DNA from: a virus
Taxonomy: Duplodnaviria; Caudoviricetes
Direction: 5' to 3' (one strand)
DNA: 64,000 nucleotides
IMG/VR virus record: IMGVR_UViG_3300005512_000006
Location: 1 to 64,000 of that record
Shown here: one piece after another, positions 31,093 through 41,478 of the stretch
Numbering within the stretch: position 1 is the stretch's first letter
Layout of the letters: each line of letters opens with the position of its first letter
Notes under the pieces: generated by a model
What the model was told of the DNA's origin: nothing
The model's database searches: none
What the model saw: only the letters and a program-made list of their open reading frames with translations
Position numbers and translations under genes: made by a program

Positions 31093-31263
31093 TTATAGCC
31101 CCCCAGACGTAAAATGGAAAATGCCTGTAGCAAAATAGCGACTAAGATAGTTTGCAACTCTAGTAGGAGGCCAACCTAGCTCGTCTTGAATGAGCTCTTG
31201 CAGTTTTTCGTAATCGCCTCCGGCTTTTTCATGGATTTCATCTAATAAAATTTCAAATAACAT
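31093..31263 (-). CDS. 56-aa hypothetical protein (MLFEILLDEI...)
   Basis: Read by eye; below the ORF-track cutoff. Confidence 0.5.
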   Translation of the reverse strand: MLFEILLDEIHEKAGGDYEKLQELIQDELGWPPTRVANYLSRYFATGIFHFTSGGL

Positions 31264-31293
31264 TATCTTCTCTTTAGCTTGCCCCCTCGAATA

Positions 31294-31347
31294 TAAAAAA
31301 AGCCCCAGCGGCTGCTAGGGCTTGGAAAGCGCAGCCATACTGACTGC
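31294..31347 (-). ncRNA. Candidate ~55-nt sRNA or attenuated leader
   Basis: TTGACA-N17-TATAAT at 31352-31380, then a hairpin and a terminator with U7. Confidence 0.55.
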
Positions 31348-31389
31348 ATATATTATATCTCTATTGAAATAGAATGTCAAGTGTTATTT

Positions 31390-31557
31390 TTAACGACCCT
31401 GACCACGATAGGCTTTATAGTTATTTTTCTTCCGCTTGTTCATAGAAGAAAACTTTGTGAAACGCTCCTTGCCTCCGATAGAGGTCTTTTTCTTAAAAGA
31501 CTCACTACGACCCAGAGTATTCTTTACCGCTTTTAAAACTTTCCCCTTCTTAGCCAT
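31390..31557 (-). CDS. 55-aa basic protein ending YRGQGR
   Basis: MAKKGK...KKTSIG...MNKRKK..YKAYRGQGR; read by eye. Confidence 0.7.
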   Translation of the reverse strand: MAKKGKVLKAVKNTLGRSESFKKKTSIGGKERFTKFSSMNKRKKNNYKAYRGQGR

Positions 31558-32221
31558 TGATAAAACTCTCCATCATCGGTAGGATTGAAACTAAAATGTG
31601 TCCGCACTTCTGTGCGATTTCTTGGTGTTCCTTTTGCGTTCCGTGAGCACTTCGCAAGTCAACATAGTGAAGCCAACTACGAAGTGTTCCATTCATATAA
31701 ATTCGACTTTCTACTAAACCTTCTGGAAGTACAGCCCGGGCTTGCTCCTTTGCGATACCATTAGTGGTTGCCCATTCATATGCTTCTTGAGCTGCCTCTC
31801 GCACTGCCATCTGGTGTCTTGCCCACGACTTACGAACATCGGAAGGGCATTCGTCAATGCTGTTTTGACGATTCTTTGGGTCTTGCATTCGCGGCTGTCG
31901 CATTACATACGAGAGAGATTGATGAGGATCTGCATATCGCTGACTAAACTCCTGAAAAGAGAAGGAGCGATGACGCAGAATCTGTCGAGCAATATCTCGA
32001 GTTGTAGTGATCTCCATACAGGCGGAAGCCATCTCGAAAGGGGACCAGTGTGCGTGTTTAATAAGATACTTTAGCAATCGCTCGGAAGTATCTACATTAT
32101 TTTGATTTGCGGGATTGCTCACTCGTGCGGCGTGTGCAATCAAATCTTGCACGGTCTTCAGCTCCGGGTTTTTCTCCGTAAACTCTTTCGCAGGTTGCGA
32201 GTAACTGATTAGTCTTACCAT
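31550..32221 (-). CDS. thyX: Flavin-dependent thymidylate synthase
   Basis: HWSPFE, RQILRHRSFSFQEFSQRY, ARAVLP. Confidence 0.95.
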   Translation of the reverse strand: MVRLISYSQPAKEFTEKNPELKTVQDLIAHAARVSNPANQNNVDTSERLLKYLIKHAHWSPFEMASACMEITTTRDIARQILRHRSFSFQEFSQRYADPHQSLSYVMRQPRMQDPKNRQNSIDECPSDVRKSWARHQMAVREAAQEAYEWATTNGIAKEQARAVLPEGLVESRIYMNGTLRSWLHYVDLRSAHGTQKEHQEIAQKCGHILVSILPMMESFING

Positions 32222-32736
32222 TCTAGCACTTCCGTTGATGTGTGAACATAGAATTTTGCAGAGATTGTCTCAAATAGATATAGCCAGTATTTTCGCCAGA
32301 CTATGTGTATTCCAGACTTTATCATTTGCTCACAATTCTTTTCTATGTAGTTGTCTGTATAGGAATTTAACATATTTCGCCAGAACGAATCAATGCCCCA
32401 AAGATGGTACTCCGTAGCAAAGTCTCTAGCATAAATAACCGCTTGTTGCCCCGCATTGATACCCCAACTGGGATGAAACTCTCGAAACTGTACATGAGGT
32501 ACAACGGCTTCGACGTTTCCTCGAGGGCGTCTTATCTTTGTAGTTACACGACTACTTAGAATCAGTGGAGCATAAAAGCGTTCTTCTTTTACTCCTTGAC
32601 GAAACACGGGATAATCTGTAACAGAAATAAGATTGACTGCGTGTTCCTTGCGAGGAAAGTTACAGCCGATTCGTATTCCCGGTGAGTAGTCAAAGTGTCC
32701 TACTGAAGGCCCGTTTCCTAAAATGTGAACTTTCAC
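32215..32736 (-). CDS. DUF115/MptE-like (GNGPS) protein
   Basis: ILGNGPS, GCN, NAG..A, LWGID. Confidence 0.5.
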   Translation of the reverse strand: MKVHILGNGPSVGHFDYSPGIRIGCNFPRKEHAVNLISVTDYPVFRQGVKEERFYAPLILSSRVTTKIRRPRGNVEAVVPHVQFREFHPSWGINAGQQAVIYARDFATEYHLWGIDSFWRNMLNSYTDNYIEKNCEQMIKSGIHIVWRKYWLYLFETISAKFYVHTSTEVLEW

Positions 32737-32800
32737 AAAACTAATGCAGTAAGCACTGTAAGTTCGATTAACCGAGGAAGCGTGTATATTTGAAAGTAAC

Positions 32801-33208
32801 TCATTCTTCTAACTCAATCTCTAGTTTAAAAAGAAGGCAACAAAGAGCGTGTGCTAAGTGAGAAATACCGCTCTCGGGGTCTAGCTTCTCTCCGTCCATA
32901 TGAGCAAAGATATGCCTGAGCGCACCCGAAGTGTAGCGATTCTGAAGATTCTCTAGCTTTCTCCAGTTTTCTTCATCGTACTTCTGCGCGCCAAAGGTAA
33001 GTACCTTTGCTACTTCCAGCGTTGCTTTTGGCGGAAGAAGATGCATACGAGGCTTTTCCTCGTCATACTTCACTCCCGTCGTCAACGGTGTACCGAGAGA
33101 GTTCACCATCTTGATGTCCGAGGCGGGCGTAGGCGCAACATACGGCCCTTCGGTCAAGCCGCTTGTGTCCGTAAGTGAGGGCTTTGTACTCTCTTTGTAC
33201 TTCTTCAA
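32801..33208 (-). CDS. dATP/dGTP diphosphohydrolase-domain (DUF5664-like) protein
   Basis: GVKYD..KP..LLP, FGAQKY..NW, ALRH, DPESG.SHLAHA. Confidence 0.8.
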   Translation of the reverse strand: MKKYKESTKPSLTDTSGLTEGPYVAPTPASDIKMVNSLGTPLTTGVKYDEEKPRMHLLPPKATLEVAKVLTFGAQKYDEENWRKLENLQNRYTSGALRHIFAHMDGEKLDPESGISHLAHALCCLLFKLEIELEE

Positions 33209-33489
33209 TGGTTAATAATCCTCTTGAGATAATAAAATCTTCTAGCTCTAAAGGGTCCATATGGCTTCTCTCAGTTATGCGTATATTATACGGACACTTA
33301 GACAAAAAGTCAACAATTATTTTTCTGGTAGTGCTTGGTATTCCTTATCTTTCAGCCGAATCTCGTTTCTTCGATGCTGTAGATATACTACTTTGCATAG
33401 GAATGGTGCGTTTGTTACGCAACAGTTTGCTTTTTCGGCGAAGAGGTTCTCGAGAGCTTCATCAATCGCGTCTATCGTATCTTCGCAGA

Positions 33490-34252
33490 TCATGATAGCG
33501 TTTTCTGAATATGAGGATTGTCTTCTGTGAGAATGCCGTCTTCCCAGTTAATACAAGCGTCTTGAGCATACTCGTAGTTATGGTCGAACATACGAAGATA
33601 CCCGAAAGTTTTTCCGTCTTTTTCTAGACGAACACAAAGCTCCTCGTCGCAGTAAAAGATATTTGCCCGTTTCATTACCACTCTCCGTAGTATTTCATTA
33701 CGAGATTGATTGCGCTAAGAAGTTCAGTAGCGTCTTTATCCTCGTGTTTTGCAGCATAGATTAGCTTTTGTTTTTCTTCCCGCAGAATATCGAGAAGCAA
33801 CTTATGGGCCTGACCAATACTCAGATCTACCTTAATCATCGGGATACCGTGCGTTTACGAAAGCGTTTTGAGAGACATGTTCATCTTCGAGCTTTAGTAG
33901 AGTTTCTTCCGGGTTCTGAATACCAAGAGCTGCTATAAAGGTATTGAAGTATTCCTGAATTTCCCAATAGCTTTTGTCTTTGATATTTAGTTCCATCTCA
34001 AGACTATCAAGAGTCTCTTCGTTATCATAGTCTGTGGTATATCGAAAATTAATTTTCATTTTTATTGCACTCCCAGTAAATATCTCGAATGTCTACAAAT
34101 TTTTCGCACTGCCACTGCCCCGCCGAGACATCAATGCGACCCTGTTGTCTGCCTTCGCTGTACACAATTCCCATCAGTATGCACATCACGAAGACACTTA
34201 TTAGAATTGGTAGTACCACACTTTCGTCGATCCAATTCATGAATTGATGCAT
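33490..34252 (-). CDS. Run of small hypothetical early genes (33490-33673, 33832-34059, 34049-34252 and others)
   Basis: Tightly packed, overlapping start/stop codons. Confidence 0.55.
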
Positions 34253-34671
34253 TTCGTTCCTCCTGCCACTTCTTTACATACCACCAAGTATTCAAATCTT
34301 GCTCCCTGCTGAGGCGTGTCTTCATCTGCAAAATAATAACGAAGAAGCCCACTAAACAAAAGAACTGCTAAAACCCCGTTGAGAAGTAGAATTGCTCTGT
34401 CTTTCCATAAAAAACCCACTACAAACCAGCCTAAGACTCCAACCCAGCTAAGAAGCATATCGGCCCAAATAAGCTCAGGAATCCCCGAGGATCGAATAGT
34501 AACGGCTGCAAGTGTAAAAATACTTGAGGCCCATTTAATGTACCAAGAAAGATCTCCTTTCGGAGTTGCACTCTTCTGAATGCGGGCAGACCGACGAACC
34601 TCTTCTACTGAAAAGTTTTCGCCCGTCTTTTCGTTTTTAATTTTTTCCACTACCAGGTTTCCCGAATCCAT
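34237..34671 (-). CDS. Three-TM membrane protein (TPKGDLSWYIKW)
   Basis: Hydrophobic segments. Confidence 0.65.
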   Translation of the reverse strand: MDSGNLVVEKIKNEKTGENFSVEEVRRSARIQKSATPKGDLSWYIKWASSIFTLAAVTIRSSGIPELIWADMLLSWVGVLGWFVVGFLWKDRAILLLNGVLAVLLFSGLLRYYFADEDTPQQGARFEYLVVCKEVAGGTKCINS

Positions 34672-34727
34672 TCTTCGTAGGGCAAAAACTTACACTGGTG
34701 AAAGGACCAAAACTTACAATGTTTCAT
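34650..34727 (-). CDS. 25-aa peptide MKHCKFWSFHQCKFLPYEEWIRETW
   Basis: Paralogue with the same length at 39476-39553. Confidence 0.6.
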   Translation of the reverse strand: MKHCKFWSFHQCKFLPYEEWIRETW

Positions 34728-34962
34728 CTTTTTTCCTCACTAGAATTTCGACTTCGTACTCTCCCGTTCGCCGAAGCATATCAATAAGTCGCTCCAAAGG
34801 AAAGTTATGTTTACCTTTACGAAAATGAGACCAGTCCGTTGGCTCACACTTGATTTGTTCTTGCGTTTTCTTGAAAGGAGTACCTTCTTTCTTTTTGTCG
34901 AAGGCCCAGTCAATAAGAAGCTCTTTGAGCATATCTTGCTCTGGAATTTTTACTTTAGCCAT
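34714..34962 (-). CDS. XRE-like HTH protein, copy 1
   Basis: SHFRKGK.NF.LERLI.ML; paralogue of 39540..39785. Confidence 0.65.
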   Translation of the reverse strand: MAKVKIPEQDMLKELLIDWAFDKKKEGTPFKKTQEQIKCEPTDWSHFRKGKHNFPLERLIDMLRRTGEYEVEILVRKKDETL

Positions 34963-35368
34963 CCGTTGTCTCAAGCATTAATTGTTCAAACCGCTTCGCA
35001 ATGGTTGTCCAGGGACGGCCCAGCCAGCGCGCATAGCTCTGAAGAAAAGATAAAATTTGTTGGTCTGTCATTCTTCTACCTCTGCATACCAGTACCTGCA
35101 GGGCACATGACTAAATTGTTTTGCCCACTTGATTACTTCGGTGTTCGGGTATCCGTTAAAGATTAACCACATATCTACGTCTTCTACCTCCTCTGGAATC
35201 TCCTTGGGGAAACCCAAAGCGATGGCCGTCCGGGGGATTAATCATCTTTATTAGTTTCATTTTTCTCCTGCCTCTTCTTTACATGCCCCCACATACTTTC
35301 CTCAATTCGCTCTAGCTTTTCTTCGATGCGTCCAAGCAGAACGCCTAGCTCAAACATTTTACTCATAA

Positions 35369-35905
35369 TTAATCCCACAAATTCTGGTAGTATTTGCCAA
35401 ACAAACGAAAGCCGTTTTGAATTCGAGTGCCTTCTGTCATTAGTCCTTTTTCATCAACCTTGAAAGTATGATTGGGGCCATATTTCATTTCAGAACAGTC
35501 GCTGCCTGGGATTTCCTCAAAATAGACGTCCCACTCTCCAGAAGAATACTTTGACTCCCAATCTTCGTTATCGCCTACAATACTTTCAAAGGCAAAGATC
35601 ATTTCGTCCATCACCCAGTCCCAGCGAGCGTGCAGATATTTGTCTTTCAACTTCTCTGCTTCTTCACTCAGAAACATATCGTACTGCCTTCCTTCGTACC
35701 GTGGAACTCCGTGAAGCTGAAGCTCCTCGGGCACATCTTCAAGATCAACATACGGACTGCCATGCTTTTCCTTACGAAGCTGCTTTAGCATCGGCAGTGC
35801 GATAAGACCTAGAGAAGTGTACATACTCCAAGTATCCCAGGGATCGATCTTAACGTAGTCAGCTTCTCGACCATCGCCTTCATATTCTCCAAGAATAACA
35901 ATCAT
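35369..35905 (-). CDS. Phage hypothetical protein (WDTWSM...GFRLFGKYYQNLWD)
   Basis: Paralogue of 41475..41855. Confidence 0.7.
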   Translation of the reverse strand: MIVILGEYEGDGREADYVKIDPWDTWSMYTSLGLIALPMLKQLRKEKHGSPYVDLEDVPEELQLHGVPRYEGRQYDMFLSEEAEKLKDKYLHARWDWVMDEMIFAFESIVGDNEDWESKYSSGEWDVYFEEIPGSDCSEMKYGPNHTFKVDEKGLMTEGTRIQNGFRLFGKYYQNLWD

Positions 35906-36101
35906 TCTTCTTCGCCCTCCTCGCAGTACCAAGGTCCGCTATCGGGTTCGGAATACAACCACTCGTCTTCAGATCTATTGCTGCAGTGATACGGCATAGT
36001 GTAGCCGTCTCCAGACATATCTTCACCACAGGTTTTACAAATCATTCTGCCCACCGTATTTTTCTCTTTAAAAACTTCTTTTCAAATGTCTCAATTAGTT
36101 T

Positions 36102-36572
36102 TTAGATGCAGTATGTTCTTTCTAGCTCTGCTAACTTTTGTCTTTCCTTAGCTACATAGGTAGAGTACTCTTTACTTAGTCCAATCTTCCAATCTTCCAA
36201 GGTCTGGGTACTGTCTACTATTAAAGATTTTGTTCTTTGGATAACGCCTCTCCCTTGGCATCTAATATTTAGACAGTCCCAGCTTATGTGTTCAATAGGA
36301 ATTAGATCTGTTTTTTCTTTTATAGATACTTTTCCGTTTTCCAGAATATAATCTACAAAAATAAAATATAAAGAGTTTCCTTTACTAAGCCATTTCCAGG
36401 CTTTGTCGGCAGACATAATATTAGGGCTATAGTTGTTTTTATGGATATTATTTGATTTAACATTTACTGCTTCCGTATCAGAAAGCATGAAATCCCCGAT
36501 AGCTTTTCTTGTAGTTGTGCTACTACCGTATTCTTTTGCTATGATTTCTTCTATTTTTTCATAAGCATCCAT
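36102..36572 (-). CDS. Putative restriction-endonuclease-fold protein
   Basis: IGDF...VNVKS...PNIMS; AT-rich. Confidence 0.45.
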   Translation of the reverse strand: MDAYEKIEEIIAKEYGSSTTTRKAIGDFMLSDTEAVNVKSNNIHKNNYSPNIMSADKAWKWLSKGNSLYFIFVDYILENGKVSIKEKTDLIPIEHISWDCLNIRCQGRGVIQRTKSLIVDSTQTLEDWKIGLSKEYSTYVAKERQKLAELERTYCI

Positions 36573-36574
36573 AG

Positions 36575-39482
36575 CTATATCTCCAGCGGCTCAAAACTTT
36601 CGTCAATGTACTTCATATGGTATTGTGAGGGATAGTGCCTCAACAAGCGACTTGCTTCTTCGCGCACTGCTTTGGGCACACGAGGATATTTCTTGGGATC
36701 ACGCAGATCCAGCAAAAATCGTTCCACTCGTAATACTGCTTGTGTTCTCTCAATTGGTAATGTCATCTGCCCACCTAATCTTTTTGCCGTAGTCTTTTTC
36801 AAATAGCGTAATCAGTTCATCGTACGGCACTTGTTCTTCCGATTTAAACTCATCTAACCAATCACTGAGGGCATTCCAGTCTTCACCGTGCATCACTGGT
36901 AGACCGTATTCTAGAGGATAGTGTTCATCAGGTACGCCGTAAATGTCAATACGACCACCGGAATATTGAGTAGTAACTTCGTATCCTACTATCTCTGACA
37001 CATCACCTTCTTCAATAATCTTGCGACTAACTGTGCGAAGAAGCCCTCGCTCCTTATACCAATTTGTTGAAATAGGTCCCATCCAGTTAGTACTGTAAGT
37101 TACCATTCTACATTCATCCAATTCGTATTTTCTGGCATCAGTTCAACTGCATCACCGAAGCGTTCTTTGAGTTGATTATACACACCGGCATTGTTCATTC
37201 GTAGACCATAACGATCTACCCAAACTTTGTAAACACTTCCGCTGTAACCATAAAAACTGTAATACGTTTCGTGGTCTTCTATACGAGTAATGCCGCTGTT
37301 CATTCGCCATGAATCGCCATCAAGATATCCACCACTCCAGCCAGCAAGCACTTTGTATAGTGTCTTGCCTTCGTGGTTGATCTTCAGTACGACCCAGTTG
37401 TCTGGTAGATATTCGCTCATCACCACTCCGGAGCGCTGTAAGGTTTACTCATTGTATACATTGCCATGCCATCTGAACCGTAAGCAGGGCAAACGAGAAT
37501 GTGTTCAGGCAAGCCCATTCCGTCTCGTTCACCTGCTTCACCGCAGATGAAGAACGCTCCTGTTTTTTCGGGGCTGGTGTGCTTCCAGACATGCAACAGT
37601 TTCATGAACAGTTCGTATTCTTCATCCGTAATTTCTTTCATTACTCACTATCCTCGTCTTTAACCCAGCGGACACCGAGCAGCAGCCAGAACATTTGACG
37701 GTGGAACCAATTCGGATGGCGGCCTTTCATGGGCCTATAGCTCACGTCATACGCAATGCAGCTCCACTCGGAGAGCTTCGGGACTTGAATGGCTGTTTGC
37801 ACCAGGCGAGGGTCAAAATTCTCCATGTCCACCTGAATCGATTCGTTGTTGTTACTCATTACTCACCCTTATAGTTTATCAGCACTTGTAACAGTTCCCA
37901 CTCACCGTAAGAGAGACTGAACTTCTCGCCACCCCTCCTGCGATCAATACAGATGTCGTACCCTTCACCGTTCGACCACTCAGTGACTTCCATGTAGTCA
38001 TGGTCGCCACTATGCATACAATAATCTTTGAGTCCTGAGAATACTGCTCGGCGAGTGCTTACTTCTATTTTGCTCATTCTTCAACTCCGAAATGTTTATT
38101 TCTGAATTCTAGCATTGTCAATATCAAACTCATACAAAATAGCCTGGGCACCAGCATCACCATCTTGACAAGTTGTATACACAATACTAGCACATTCTTG
38201 TACAATCAACTCGGCGACTTGTAGTAACTGGCTTAGTTCGGTTTCAGTAAACGCATAGTCCTTGCCATATACTTCTTGAAAGATTTCTAAACGGTTCATT
38301 CTTCAACTCCGAAATGTTCTTTGATTGATTCCGCAATCTTTGTGGCGGTGCCATCAACTGTAGCATGAGCATCGCACCAATCGATGCACTCCCTGACAAT
38401 CAACTCGGCGAACTTTGCTAGTTCGTTATCATAGTCGCTCGACCAATCAAAGACCGCACCTTCAGGTTTCCAAGATTCGTCCTCCCACATTGCAAATCCT
38501 GCTTGTTCAGCAAGTTTTTGAATTCGTTCGTTCATAAATCTTCTTTCCAACTTAGGTTGTCAATAAACACTTTGAGTGTGCGGTCATCATCTTGTAAACT
38601 ATACTTGATTACTTCATTGTCCTTGAGATACTTAACATAAGTACGACCTTTATCATCAATCACTTCAAAGCGAGTTACATTCTTCATAGCACTCAACTCA
38701 AAACTATCGAAAATCATATTGTGAAGCGTCATATAACCACAGTCCATGCCGCGCCCATACATGCCCGGATCAAAACCAAACACATCATACAGTGCATAGC
38801 GATAAGTACCATGGTCTACAACCTCTGCTTTGTGCATGCGTTTGATCACAGCATAGAACGCATCTTCACGTTCTTCTTCAGTGAGACCGTTCCACCATGC
38901 ATCGTTCTCGGCTTCGTACTCAGCATGTGCTTCTTGCAGTGATTCGCGCAGTTCGTCAAGTCCTTCCAACAGTTTCTTATTGCTCATAGCTTTACCTTTA
39001 CGATAAAACCTTCTTCAGCTCTACGAATGTGTTCGATGGCTTTACCTTCTACTAAAGATCCAATTGCAACATACGGGCCCCCACTTGGATCGAACATACC
39101 AAGATCATTCATATCGATTTTATCTTGGCCTTCTTTCGCGCCCCAAAGACAGTAATCCATCGACTCGCCTTCCATCACAAACTTGTATTCTTTGTCATTG
39201 AGTTTTTCCCAATGATACTCGTCGCCGTATCTATTTTTCATCTGCTTGATTCCTACGCAAAGCGTGATGTTCTTTCGTAACTTTTTCAAAAGTGTTCCAG
39301 AGACGTTCAAAGCGCATCTGATAGAGAGCTGCCATGCCCAGAAGAAGATTATCTCGCTTATCTTCAGGATTCAGAGCATCGCCTTGCCACTCATTTAAAA
39401 ACTCTACCGCATCCTTGAGATCGTCTACGACACTCCAGGCTTTCATAATTTCTTGTTCAAGATCAAAAATGATCATTACCAA
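36575..39482 (-). CDS. Array of about 10 small, translationally coupled hypothetical genes
   Basis: ORFs at 36575, 36750, 37100, 37420, 37641, 37859, 38096, 38296, 38532, 38984, 39231 with ATGA/TAATG overlaps. Confidence 0.7.
38074..38318. repeat. 23-bp direct repeat TCATTCTTCAACTCCGAAATGTT flanking one small gene
   Basis: Copies at 38074-38096 and 38296-38318. Confidence 0.9.
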
Positions 39483-39553
39483 GTCTCCTTAATCCACTCG
39501 TCATAGGAAAGAAACTTGCGCTGATGAAAGGACCAAAACTTACAGTGTTTCAT
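39476..39553 (-). CDS. 25-aa peptide MKHCKFWSFHQRKFLSYDEWIKETW
   Basis: Paralogue of 34650-34727. Confidence 0.6.
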   Translation of the reverse strand: MKHCKFWSFHQRKFLSYDEWIKETW

Positions 39554-39785
39554 TTTTTCTCCTCACGATAACTTCGATTTCAAACTCACCTGTACGTCGT
39601 AGCATTGCAATGAGACGCTCTAGAGAGAAATTTCTTTTTCCTTTGCGAAGATGAGAAAATTCTGTAGCATCACATTTAATTAGCTCTTGAGTCTTTTTAA
39701 ATGTGATTCCAGCTTTCTTTTTTTCCCAGGCCCAATCAATAAGAGTCTGAGTGAGAGTTTCTTGTTCCGGTATCTTTACTTTCAT
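39540..39785 (-). CDS. XRE-like HTH protein, copy 2
   Basis: SHLRKGKRNFSLERLIAML. Confidence 0.65.
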   Translation of the reverse strand: MKVKIPEQETLTQTLIDWAWEKKKAGITFKKTQELIKCDATEFSHLRKGKRNFSLERLIAMLRRTGEFEIEVIVRRKNETL

Positions 39786-39974
39786 ACTTCTACATCCACA
39801 GTTACAACACGAGTTGTTTCTAGATTTCCTTCGGAATCATACACGTAGGTTACTTCTCGCACATCCTCGTTCGATACTCGATAAGTCGTAATCTCGACTC
39901 TCTCTTGAAACGGATTGATGGGAAACACGGGAGAAGCGGGTAAAATTTTCATGGGATTTCTCCTAAATTATGGA

Positions 39975-40070
39975 TATATTATACGGGAAAGACCCCGCCG
40001 TGTCAACACTTATTTTTAAGCTACCTAAAAATGTTTGTTGACAGCCAGACGAAAGTGAGCTACAATACGC
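39975..40070. promoter_or_regulatory. Divergent sigma70 promoter pair at the strand switch
   Basis: TTGACA..TATAAT on minus and TTGACA..TACAAT on plus. Confidence 0.8.
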
Positions 40071-40137
40071 GAGTATGGAGGGTTATTTAAGCCGCTTTTT
40101 ATTAAGCAAGAGGCATAACTTCCTTTGAGAGTAATAT

Positions 40138-40362
40138 ATGGTTATTCAATTCCCTCGTGAGAAGTATACGGTTCTTGACCGTAGAGAGGATATGGTAGAC
40201 GAGCTGTTTACCGAATTTACGAAAAAATGTCTGGAGTATGGCTGTTCACTTGAGGATGACGATTTTCTCGTCAATGCGGGGCAAGTATTGCAGACAATGC
40301 GCTGTCTCGTGGACAGCCAACTAGGACTACAGTTTGAAAGTACAAGTGAAGAACAATGTTGA
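40138..40362 (+). CDS. Acidic hypothetical protein
   Basis: MVIQFP start; follows the plus-strand promoter. Confidence 0.6.
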   Translation: MVIQFPREKYTVLDRREDMVDELFTEFTKKCLEYGCSLEDDDFLVNAGQVLQTMRCLVDSQLGLQFESTSEEQC

Positions 40363-40510
40363 TCGCGCACTAAGAAAGCTAAAACGCGGTGTGAGCGAGA
40401 AGCTCCAGGAATATCGTGAGCGCCAGTTTTATGAGAAACCGAGTGACGCTCGTCGTCGTGCTCGTAAGGCTGCTATTAAAAGATGGAACAAGAAGAAATG
40501 CGAGTTTTAG
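40334..40510 (+). CDS. rpsU: Ribosomal protein bS21 (58 aa, TTG start)
   Basis: MKVQVKNNVDRALRKLKRGVSEKLQEYRERQFYEKPSDARRRARKAAIKR; missed by the ORF track. Confidence 0.9.
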   Translation: MKVQVKNNVDRALRKLKRGVSEKLQEYRERQFYEKPSDARRRARKAAIKRWNKKKCEF

Positions 40511-41478
40511 TAGTAAGTGACAACTTAACAAGTCAAGTCAACGGAGTTGCAATAACTCTAAATAAAATTCAAGAACTTGCCAAAGTTTTTATGCCAGACT
40601 ATGCGGAGCTTCGGCTTCTTACTCCTGATGACTTTCGCAATGTTTCTGCTTTTGGGTACCCCGAAGTAAGGCTTACGGTTCAGCCTTTGAAGGTTTTTCA
40701 AGAAATTTCTTCCTATAAGCCTACTCATATTCATATCGCTACAGAAGGGCCTCTTGGGCTTTTAACTCGACTTTATTGTATTAAGAAAAACTGGAAATTT
40801 ACTACTAGCTATCATACTCAATTTCCTATGTTTTTAGAAAAGATGTATAAAATTCCCTCTGGTATTACGTGGAAGTATCTAAGATGGTTTCACTCTAGAG
40901 CGGCAAATACTTTGGTTCCTACAGAGTCCATTCGCTTGCAGCTTCGTGATAAAAAATTTAATGGTAGTTTAATATTATGGAGCCGTGGGGTAGATAAGGC
41001 TCAATTTATCAGTAATAAAAAGCCAGTTAAAAATCGTGTGCTGTACGTTGGAAGAGTTAGCAAAGAGAAAAACTTAGAAGACCTATGTGTATTGGGATCG
41101 AAGTATGACATTCATATTGTAGGCGACGGCCCCGAGAGAAAAATACTCGAACAAAAATATTCTAATGTAAATTTTGTTGGGTACAAAAAAGGTCAAGAAC
41201 TTGCAGATGAATATGCTTCTTCTGAAGTTTTTTGCTTTCCCAGCCGCTCCGATACCTTTGGAATTGTACTTATCGAAAGTTTAGCACTAGGAACTCCGGT
41301 TGCAGCTTATCCAGTACCCGGACCCTGCGATATTGTAGAGATAAATAAAACAGGATATCTCAGCAATAACTTAGAAGAAGCTATAGAAAAATGCAAAAGT
41401 CTTGGACGAGTTTCCGGACCTGAGTGGTCCTGGGAAAAATGTTATTCCACCTTTATGGAAAGGCTGGCTCACATATGA
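40498..41478 (+). CDS. GT4 glycosyltransferase, Agt-like (diacylglycerol glycosyltransferase)
   Basis: QVNGV..TL, IHIATEGPLG, FTTSYHTQFP, W.RGVD, YVGRVSKEKN, FPSRSDTFGIV..E.LA.GTPVAAYPVPGP. Confidence 0.8.
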   Translation: MRVLVVSDNLTSQVNGVAITLNKIQELAKVFMPDYAELRLLTPDDFRNVSAFGYPEVRLTVQPLKVFQEISSYKPTHIHIATEGPLGLLTRLYCIKKNWKFTTSYHTQFPMFLEKMYKIPSGITWKYLRWFHSRAANTLVPTESIRLQLRDKKFNGSLILWSRGVDKAQFISNKKPVKNRVLYVGRVSKEKNLEDLCVLGSKYDIHIVGDGPERKILEQKYSNVNFVGYKKGQELADEYASSEVFCFPSRSDTFGIVLIESLALGTPVAAYPVPGPCDIVEINKTGYLSNNLEEAIEKCKSLGRVSGPEWSWEKCYSTFMERLAHI

